Below are positions 7,924-14,447 of a stretch of DNA of 14,447 nt, one piece after another (within the stretch, counting starts at the first letter, position 1; each line of letters opens with the position of its first letter). Made by a program: the position numbers and the translations under genes. Under the pieces are notes generated by a model that worked only from the letters and a program-made list of their open reading frames with translations, was not told the DNA's origin and did not search any database. Origin of the DNA: a candidate division WOR-3 bacterium (GTDB taxonomy: Bacteria; Hydrothermota; Tepidihabitantia; Tepidihabitantales; JAOUPE01); assembly GCA_039801565.1 (NCBI GenBank), contig JBDRUX010000063.1:1-14447 (forward strand), written 5' to 3'.

Positions 7924-9030
7924 ATGCCAATGGACATTGATGAACTTTTAAAGTATGCAGCCAAATATGGCGCTTCGGATTTGCATATCACTGCCGGTAA
8001 TCCACCAATCATTCGGGTCAATGGTCGCTTAAAAAAGATTCCCGGACCAGCGCTTACCCAAGAGGAGGTTCGGACTTTAATTTTTTCAATTCTGAATGAA
8101 GAGCAGAGGGCGAAATTGGACCAGAAACGGGAACTTGATTTATCTTATTCTTGGGGCAAGGTGACCCCCTATATGAGACTTGACTACCTGTCACAAGACC
8201 GTGTGCGCGCCCGGGTCAATGTCTTCCAAGAAATAAACGGGATTGGCGCAGCGTTCCGGATTATTCCGGCACGAATTCGGACCTTAGATGAGTTGCCAGC
8301 ACCGGAATCAGTAAAAGAATTAGCTCGTAAGCGTAAAGGATTGGTCTTAGTCACTGGTCCAACTGGTTGTGGTAAATCAACTACTTTAGCCAGTATGATT
8401 GATTTTATTGACAAGGAAGGGACTTATCGAATCATTACAATTGAAGACCCAATCGAATACATCTTCCAAGCAAGGAATTGTTTAATTAGTCAACGGGAAA
8501 TCGGAGTTCATTCAACTTCTTTTGCCAGTGCCTTACGTGCCTGTTTAAGAGAAGACCCCGATGTAATTTTGGTGGGTGAGATGCGCGATTTGGAGACAAT
8601 TTCATTAGCCCTAACTGCCGCTGAGACTGGTCACTTAGTCCTTTCTACTCTCCACACCAACAATGTCGCCGAAACGGTTGACCGGGTGATTGATGTTTTC
8701 CCTTCAGAACAGCATAATTATGTCCGACAAATTTTTGCTAATGTAATAATGGGTATCATTGCCCAGATTTTAGTGCCACGCAAAGACGGTAGGGGAAGGG
8801 TTGCTGCGATGGAGGTTTTGATTGCCACACCAGCAATTCGGAATCTGATTCGTGAGGCAAAGTCTTATCAAATTCCATCATTGGTACAAACCGGCTCCCA
8901 ATACGGTATGCAAACTTTGGACCAATCGTTAGCCAATTTGGTGCGCAAAGGATTGATCTCAACCCAAACTGCCTTAGAATATGCAGTAGACAAAAAACTT
9001 TTTAAACCGACCGAAGAATTAGTTACTTGA
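7924..9030 (+). CDS. pilT: Type IV pilus retraction ATPase PilT
   Basis: ASDLHI, Walker A GPTGCGKSTT, TIEDPIE Asp box, Walker B DPDVILVGEMRD, His box TGHLVLSTLH and the PilT signature AIRNLIRE. Confidence 0.95.
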   Translation: MPMDIDELLKYAAKYGASDLHITAGNPPIIRVNGRLKKIPGPALTQEEVRTLIFSILNEEQRAKLDQKRELDLSYSWGKVTPYMRLDYLSQDRVRARVNVFQEINGIGAAFRIIPARIRTLDELPAPESVKELARKRKGLVLVTGPTGCGKSTTLASMIDFIDKEGTYRIITIEDPIEYIFQARNCLISQREIGVHSTSFASALRACLREDPDVILVGEMRDLETISLALTAAETGHLVLSTLHTNNVAETVDRVIDVFPSEQHNYVRQIFANVIMGIIAQILVPRKDGRGRVAAMEVLIATPAIRNLIREAKSYQIPSLVQTGSQYGMQTLDQSLANLVRKGLISTQTALEYAVDKKLFKPTEELVT

Positions 9031-9142
9031 ATTTTTGAACGATTTGAACCAAAATTGGTAATGAAGCCACTTAAGACCAAATTGCTATCCCAAAAAAGAA
9101 TAATATTAATTTTATCCCGACAGTATTCGCCAAAGGCAAAGC

Positions 9143-9970
9143 TTGCTTGATGCCAGTTCATTAGTTAATAAATCCACCTTGTCCGTAATTGTCTTTATTT
9201 TTGGATTAGCGATTGGTAGTTTTTTGAATGTCTGTATCCATCGGATACCCCGGAATCAGTCATTGCTTTTTCCCGCTTCCCATTGTCCGAAATGCAAAAA
9301 ACCAATAAAGCCTTTTGATAATATACCAGTTCTAAGTTATATTATTCTTGGTGGTAAATGTCGTAACTGTAAAAAGCCGATATCATTAATTTATCCGACA
9401 GTGGAACTTGTGACCGCAATTCTCTTTACCATTGCTTTTTTAAAATTTGGACTTACCTGGTCTTTTTTGCGGGCGGTTCTTTTTTTTGGTTTTTTAATTG
9501 TGGTTACCTTTATTGACCTTCAGTTTCAGATCGCACCTTTTCAAATAACTATTCCCGGTCTAATCGTGGGCATTTTGACAAGTTTTTTGCTGCCCCAAAT
9601 TACCTTGAGTTCAGTCCTTGGGATGTTGTTAGGTGGGTTGTTCGTTTTGTTGGTTTGGGTTTTATGGCGATATCTGCTCAGCGGTTTATTTCAAGTTACC
9701 GCGGGAATAAAACAGAAAGAAGGGATCGGCTGGGGCGATTTGCCTTTGACTGCAATGATTGGTGCCTTTTTAGGTTGGCGTAATTTATTGGTTGCCATCT
9801 TTGTTGCAGTCATTGTCGGAGTATTTATTGGTTTAATTCTTCGGGTCAGTAAAAAGAACCAGCCGGGTCAACCAATCGCCTTTGGACCGTTCTTAGCAAT
9901 TGGTGGCGTGGTTGGACTTCTCTTCGGCGAGATGATTGCCAATTGGTATTTAAATCAATTCTTACGCTGA
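9143..9970 (+). CDS. pilD: Prepilin peptidase / N-methyltransferase PilD (start uncertain)
   Basis: GSFLNVCIHRIP, SHCPKC...GKCRNC zinc motifs, catalytic Asp motifs FIDL and GWGD, C-terminal IAFGPFLAIG, multiple TM helices. Confidence 0.93.
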   Translation: MLDASSLVNKSTLSVIVFIFGLAIGSFLNVCIHRIPRNQSLLFPASHCPKCKKPIKPFDNIPVLSYIILGGKCRNCKKPISLIYPTVELVTAILFTIAFLKFGLTWSFLRAVLFFGFLIVVTFIDLQFQIAPFQITIPGLIVGILTSFLLPQITLSSVLGMLLGGLFVLLVWVLWRYLLSGLFQVTAGIKQKEGIGWGDLPLTAMIGAFLGWRNLLVAIFVAVIVGVFIGLILRVSKKNQPGQPIAFGPFLAIGGVVGLLFGEMIANWYLNQFLR

Positions 9971-10121
9971 ATAATTCGAATTGTTTTAAAACGATGGCAA
10001 GATTATCTTGCGGCAAAAGTTAACTACTGACCGAGGATTAGCAATCCGGCAGTTAAAATTCAGGGCTTGAAAATCAGCCGGTTGACGAATATCGCAAGCA
10101 GTTCAAATATTCAAAAGTTTT

Positions 10122-10544
10122 TTAGAATTTAATATGTTCGACTCGTAAAGTCTTGCCATCATGCCAATATTCGTAACAGTAAGCGTTAGCAATTTTTTGA
10201 CAGAGCTCCTTCACTTTTATTTCCAGACCGCGGGGGAAGAATAAATAAAATCTTTCTCCCAAGGTCGCAAATTTCAACCATTGGGCGGCTTCACTTTCAT
10301 TTACAGTATTTATCGTTTCAACTTCTACAACCGTTACAACTTTTTCAGTACGCGTGTCCAAAACTACTAAGTCAGGATAATATTGTCCACCCGTATGATT
10401 AGGAACTCCGTGGGTCTTAATTGGATGATTGGTATGAGTTTTTAAATAAGGGTATTTATCATTGGGAAAGTCGAACATTGTCTTTTTTAGCGCATTAATT
10501 ACTCGGTCATGCAGAACTTGTTCTTCTAACTCACGCCAAGCCAT
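10122..10544 (-). CDS. Small hypothetical protein, probable PD-(D/E)XK restriction-endonuclease-like fold
   Basis: N-terminal helix, then YPDLVV (P57-D58), VEVET (E74-x-E76) and a QW helix. SD-like GGAGAAGGGG precedes the ATG. Confidence 0.6.
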   Translation of the reverse strand: MAWRELEEQVLHDRVINALKKTMFDFPNDKYPYLKTHTNHPIKTHGVPNHTGGQYYPDLVVLDTRTEKVVTVVEVETINTVNESEAAQWLKFATLGERFYLFFPRGLEIKVKELCQKIANAYCYEYWHDGKTLRVEHIKF

Positions 10545-10578
10545 GCCCCTTCTCCATTTTTAATACCCATTACAGTTC

Positions 10579-10606
10579 ATAATAAAAATTCTATTATCTT
10601 TGTCAA
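10579..10606 (-). promoter_or_regulatory. Putative sigma70 promoter for 10122-10544
   Basis: Minus strand TTGACA (10606-10601), 16-bp spacer, TATTAT (10584-10579). Confidence 0.55.
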
Positions 10607-10672
10607 TAAAAAAATTTAGCTATTGATACTACGGAAAATACTTTTAAATTCAGTCGTATTTAGTTTTGGCTA

Positions 10673-13078
10673 TTAAGGTGAGTTATTGGCTTCGACTTCA
10701 AAAATCTTCTTTTTGACCTTAAGGATACTATCCGGATTGACAGAGATTGAGTCAATCCCAACCTTTACTAAGAATTCAACAAAATCCGGAAAGTCGCTGG
10801 GCGCTTGACCACAGATGCCAACTTTCCTGCCTAATGGTTTCACCTTTTGAATCAAATCGCTAATCATTATTTTTACGGCTTCGTTGCGTTCATCAAAGAG
10901 ATGGGCAATCTTACCAGAATCGCGGTCGCAACCTAAAACCAATTGGGTTAAGTCATTGGAGCCGATTGAAAAGCCATCAAAGATTGAAGCGAACTCTTTG
11001 GCTAAAATCACATTGGCTGGGATTTCGCACATCACATAAATCTCCAGTCCCTCTTTGCCTTGAACCAGACCATTCTCAGCCATAAGTGCGATGACCTTTT
11101 CGCCCTCTTCTGGTGTCCGGCAAAATGGAATCATCGGTTTAACATTAAAAAATCCCATCTGCTCGCGGACTTTCTTAAGTGCCTGGCATTCCAAATTAAA
11201 TCCTTCCCGATATTCTGAACTATAATAGCGAGAAGCACCCCGAAAGCCAAGCATCGGGTTTTCTTCGATTGGTTCAAAAAATCGTCCGCCAATTAATCCG
11301 GCATATTCATTCGACTTGAAATCGGACATTCGCACAATCACATCCTTAGGATAAAAAGCCGCCGCAATGGCGGCAATCCCACTTGCCAGATTGTCAATAA
11401 AGAACTCTTCTTTTTTACGATAACCACTGGTGAGAGCATCAATCTTTTTCTTAGTATCGGGGTCAGTTAAGCGGTCATAATGAATTAAGGCTAAGGGGTG
11501 GACTTGGATAACATTGTTAATGATGAATTCGATACGAGCCAAACCAACCCCATCATTAGGAATTTGACAATAACGGAAGGCATTAACTGGACTGGCAATG
11601 TTCATCATAACCTTGGTGTTGGTCGCTGGGATTGTCTCAAAAGTTAATTCATTAACTTCGTAGCGCAATTTGCCATCATAGACTTTGCCAATTTCGCCTT
11701 CGGCACAGGATAGGGTAATCTCTTGACCCTGACTAATCTTTTCGGTGGCATTACCGGTACCGACGATGGCTGGAATGCCCAATTCGCGACTGACGATGGC
11801 AGCATGGCAGGTTCGGCCGCCACGGTCGGTAACAATTCCCGCGGCCCGTTTCAAAATTGGCATCCAATCCGGGTCGGTCATCTCAGTGACAATAATTGAA
11901 TTATCTTGAAAGAACTCAACTTCATCTGGCGAAGCCAGCCTTGAAGCACGACCACTGGTAATCGCTGACCCAACACTCTTGCCTTCAACTAACACTTTGC
12001 CGGTCTCTTTCAATTCATAACTCTTTAAGATACTGCTGCGTTTTTGGGAATGGATGGTCTCGGGTCGAGCTTGGACAATGAAAAGTTCATCGGTCTTACC
12101 ATCCTTTGCCCATTCAATATCCATTGGGGTCGGTTTGCCATAACGATTTGAATAATGGTCCTCGATAAGGCAGCCCCATTTGGCTAATTTTATGATTTCG
12201 GCATCCGATAGCACATACTGATGTTGTTCCTCCTTGCGGGTATCAATCAATTTGGTCTTAACAATTTCACCTTTGGTATAAATCAGCTTCTTCTCTTTTC
12301 GGCCTAAGAATTTTTTGATAATGGGTTGGTAGCGGTCATCTTGGAGTAATGGCTTATAAACATAATACTCATCCGGATTGACTTGACCTTGGACAACGGT
12401 TTCACCCAAACCATAAGCAGCGGTAATGAACACAACTTTATCAAAACCACTTTCGGTATCCAAGGTGAACATTACACCAGCGCCGGCTAAATCTGACCGC
12501 ACCATCCTTTGGACACCAATGGATAACGCAATGTCTAAGTGTTCAAATTTATGACTCTCCCGATAAGCAATTGCTCGGTCGGTAAAGAGCGAGGCAAAAC
12601 ACTTTTGGCAGGCTTCGAGTAATTCTTCGACGCCGGAAATATTCAAAAAAGTATCCTGCTGGCCAGCAAAACTGGCTTGGGGTAGGTCTTCCGCTGTAGC
12701 ACTACTGCGTACCGCCACGCTCACTTCTTCTTCGTTTTCTTTAGCACATAACTCTTGATAAGCCTGGATAATTGAATCTTCCAAGTCTTTGGGGAATTCG
12801 GCGCCACGGATTCGATGCCGAATATAGCGTCCAACCGACTCTAAATCGCGGCGACCTAACCTTAATGCTTTAATCTCTTCACGTAATTTATCATATAAAC
12901 CGTTCACTTCCAAAAAATGGCGATAAGCGTCAGCCGTGATGGCAAAACCATTGGGAACTTTAATTCCTTTCTCTTTTAAGCCCGAAATCATCTCGCCTAA
13001 TGATGCATTCTTACCACCGACCAGATTGATGTCTTTTGTAGAGATCTCCTCAAACCATTTAATCCAAGGCGTGGTCAT
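10673..13078 (-). CDS. ppsA: Phosphoenolpyruvate synthase (pyruvate, water dikinase)
   Basis: VGGKNASLGEM, VAVRSSATAEDL..ASFAGQQ, DIEWAKDG..IVQARPET, phospho-His motif GGRTCHAAIVSRELG, GFSIGSNDLTQL and GICGQAPSD. Full length, 801 aa. Confidence 0.97.
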   Translation of the reverse strand: MTTPWIKWFEEISTKDINLVGGKNASLGEMISGLKEKGIKVPNGFAITADAYRHFLEVNGLYDKLREEIKALRLGRRDLESVGRYIRHRIRGAEFPKDLEDSIIQAYQELCAKENEEEVSVAVRSSATAEDLPQASFAGQQDTFLNISGVEELLEACQKCFASLFTDRAIAYRESHKFEHLDIALSIGVQRMVRSDLAGAGVMFTLDTESGFDKVVFITAAYGLGETVVQGQVNPDEYYVYKPLLQDDRYQPIIKKFLGRKEKKLIYTKGEIVKTKLIDTRKEEQHQYVLSDAEIIKLAKWGCLIEDHYSNRYGKPTPMDIEWAKDGKTDELFIVQARPETIHSQKRSSILKSYELKETGKVLVEGKSVGSAITSGRASRLASPDEVEFFQDNSIIVTEMTDPDWMPILKRAAGIVTDRGGRTCHAAIVSRELGIPAIVGTGNATEKISQGQEITLSCAEGEIGKVYDGKLRYEVNELTFETIPATNTKVMMNIASPVNAFRYCQIPNDGVGLARIEFIINNVIQVHPLALIHYDRLTDPDTKKKIDALTSGYRKKEEFFIDNLASGIAAIAAAFYPKDVIVRMSDFKSNEYAGLIGGRFFEPIEENPMLGFRGASRYYSSEYREGFNLECQALKKVREQMGFFNVKPMIPFCRTPEEGEKVIALMAENGLVQGKEGLEIYVMCEIPANVILAKEFASIFDGFSIGSNDLTQLVLGCDRDSGKIAHLFDERNEAVKIMISDLIQKVKPLGRKVGICGQAPSDFPDFVEFLVKVGIDSISVNPDSILKVKKKIFEVEANNSP

Positions 13079-13084
13079 AAACGA

Positions 13085-13113
13085 ATGTTACCAGAAGGAA
13101 AAAGTTTCGTCAA
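13085..13113 (-). promoter_or_regulatory. Putative ppsA promoter (leaderless arrangement)
   Basis: Minus strand TTGACG (13113-13108), 17-bp spacer ending in TGG, TAACAT (13090-13085), then 6 nt to the ATG with no SD. Confidence 0.55.
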
Positions 13114-13139
13114 GGGTTAAATAAAGTCAAAAATAATCA

Positions 13140-14144
13140 CTATGACAGTTTACTGTTTGACGAGGTTTGTGTAAAAACCGCTACGGTTTTGGCTTTTAAC
13201 TTCAATAATATTTCTTCCTTCAGTCCTTCCTTTTTCCAATGCTCAATAATTTTAATAAGGTTTACTTCAAGCAATTCTTGATTCTTACCATAGTATTGCC
13301 GCAATACCTTAAAACATTGCCGGACAAAAGCCTTATAAGACGCAAACCAAGGTGGCGAAATACCTAACTCGCAAAGTAACTTATGGGCTTCGGCTTCAAG
13401 CTTTTCAATTGCGATTCGATACTTGGTAAAGCCAATTGCCATTCTTTCTTGTTTTTCGGTTGGCAATGGCTTTTTTGATTCTAATCTTTTAATTTCAGCG
13501 CGCAATACTGAATTGATTATTTTCTTAATCTTAAAAAGCAGGTGAAATTGTAAGCCGGCTTTTTGATATTTCCCGGTAACCATTTTCATACCTGGCTTAT
13601 TCAGTTCGGCTAAAAAGTCGAAATACTCTAAAGCGAACTTCTGGTAGGAATTAATTTCACCATCGGCAATTTGATTTTTAGTTAATAAGACCGATACCTT
13701 ATCTTTAATCTGTTTCTTTAGCCTTGTAAAATCAATCTCTTCTTTCTCTTTCGATGGCATTTCGATGCCGACTTCGTAACGCATCGCATCCCGTTCAATC
13801 TTTCTTTTTGTTGGTCGAATCGACCCTTCTCGAGTTGTGAGACCCGATTCGGGCGGTGTTGGCAATTGTGCCATCATCTTTTCGTGTCGTTGCTTAAAAT
13901 CAAGTGCATCTAATTCTTTGAAAAATTCGACCCAGGAAGCACCACAAGCTCGAAGATAAAGAAGAATTACCCCTAAGGCTGGATTCTTTAATCTACCTTT
14001 TTCTAAATGTGAGATGTAACTATCTTTCGTTTTCGATGACAATCCGATTCTTTCGGCAAGTTCGGTTTGGGACAACCCAGCATTTTCTCGGATTTTTCTT
14101 AAAATTTCTCCCATTTCTTTAGTAAAAAAGGACTTTTTACGCAC
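13140..14144 (-). CDS. XRE-family HTH protein with two tandem C-terminal helical repeats (SIRV2 capsid-like by eye)
   Basis: aa ~11-75: MGEILRKIRENAGLSQTELAERIG...YISHLEKGRLKNP is an XRE HTH. aa ~146-214 and ~249-324 form an internal repeat (LL-x4-I-x6-SY-x2-F-x4-F-x2-L ... [YW]-x-K-x-GL-x4-L-x-K-x-K). GTG start. HTH call is confident; the fold of the repeats is tentative. Confidence 0.8.
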   Translation of the reverse strand: MRKKSFFTKEMGEILRKIRENAGLSQTELAERIGLSSKTKDSYISHLEKGRLKNPALGVILLYLRACGASWVEFFKELDALDFKQRHEKMMAQLPTPPESGLTTREGSIRPTKRKIERDAMRYEVGIEMPSKEKEEIDFTRLKKQIKDKVSVLLTKNQIADGEINSYQKFALEYFDFLAELNKPGMKMVTGKYQKAGLQFHLLFKIKKIINSVLRAEIKRLESKKPLPTEKQERMAIGFTKYRIAIEKLEAEAHKLLCELGISPPWFASYKAFVRQCFKVLRQYYGKNQELLEVNLIKIIEHWKKEGLKEEILLKLKAKTVAVFTQTSSNSKLS

Positions 14145-14149
14145 GCAAT

Positions 14150-14178
14150 ATTATACCAAAGGTTGAAATATATTTCAA
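14150..14178 (-). promoter_or_regulatory. Near-consensus sigma70 promoter of the HTH gene
   Basis: Minus strand TTGAAA (14178-14173), 17 bp, extended -10 TGG-TATAAT (hexamer 14155-14150), 5 nt before the GTG at 14144. Confidence 0.75.
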
Positions 14179-14181
14179 CCT
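14160..14181. promoter_or_regulatory. Perfect 22-bp palindrome over the -35 box; putative operator
   Basis: AGGTTGAAATA|TATTTCAACCT is its own reverse complement. Confidence 0.7.
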
Positions 14182-14266
14182 AAAAATGACCGAATTTTTC
14201 GTCTATCGTGTTGGTCTTCCGTCGGTTACACTAATTTTTCATTAGGGTGGGGGTATCGTATAGGGG

Positions 14267-14447
14267 GTGACCCCGTAGGCAGTCCCCTAAGCTATCCCGT
14301 AGGTTGCTTGGGGAGTTGCCTCGGAAGTTGCTTCGGGAGCTGGTTAGTAGGCAGGTTGGGGAGCGACTTCGTAGGCGACCTTGGAAGCGACTCGGTAGGC
14401 AACTTCAGGAGCAACCTGGGGAGTAGCCCGGTAGGTAGCCCCGTAGG
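14267..14447. repeat. Degenerate 12-bp tandem array, at least 15 units, truncated by the window end
   Basis: Units from 14267: gtgaccccgtag gcagtcccctaa gctatcccgtag gttgcttgggga gttgcctcggaa gttgcttcggga gctggttagtag gcaggttgggga gcgacttcgtag gcgaccttggaa gcgactcggtag gcaacttcagga gcaacctgggga gtagcccggtag gtagccccgtag. No indels; consensus GYNRcYYNgKRR. Confidence 0.92.

Noticed and set aside
8146..8208. Apparent ~13-aa insertion in the PilT N-terminal domain (WGKVTPYMRLDYLSQD)
   Set aside because: It is probably a surface-loop variation; all catalytic motifs are intact and there are no intein or repeat features.
9061..9150. 29-codon ORF between pilT and pilD
   Set aside because: It is short, has no SD and no recognisable features, and is likely chance.
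519..9161. Minus-strand and nested ORFs inside the pilus cluster (e.g. 1367-1906, 2873-3190, 4789-5181, 6911-7324, 8868-9161)
   Set aside because: These are antisense or alternate-frame shadows of well-supported genes, with no recognisable motifs.
10012..10090. c-di-GMP-I (GEMM) riboswitch, suggested by GGCAAA...AAAATTCAGGGC...TCAGCCGGTTGACGA
   Set aside because: It lacks a recognisable GAAA tetraloop stem and GACGCAAA segment, and no gene lies downstream on that strand. Kept only as unexplained structure.
11644..13124. Short ORFs 11644-11835 (-) and 12936-13124 (+)
   Set aside because: Both overlap the intact ppsA gene and have no independent evidence.
14267..14447. CRISPR array
   Set aside because: The units are 12 bp, contiguous and degenerate, with no repeat-spacer alternation and no cas gene in the window.

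Overview
This bacterial window has two parts. (1) At 1-9970 on the + strand is a type IV pilus / T2SS-superfamily cluster: three paralogous GspG-like prepilins (the first 5'-truncated), a PilM-PilN fusion, PilO, two membrane-anchored PilP/GspB-like proteins, a PilQ secretin, PilT and PilD. (2) At 10122-14447 on the - strand are a stand-alone PD-(D/E)XK-like protein, ppsA and an unusual module at the right edge. That module is a 334-aa XRE-type HTH protein whose C-terminal two thirds are two tandem helical repeats, which by eye resemble the DNA-wrapping major capsid protein (MCP) of archaeal filamentous viruses (SIRV2-type, Adnaviria). Its near-consensus promoter is overlapped by a perfect 22-bp palindrome, and it sits next to a GC-rich array of at least 15 degenerate, strictly phased 12-bp units that runs off the window. 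This module is the best candidate for an undescribed system. The capsid-fold assignment rests on a recalled sequence and needs HHpred or structure confirmation.
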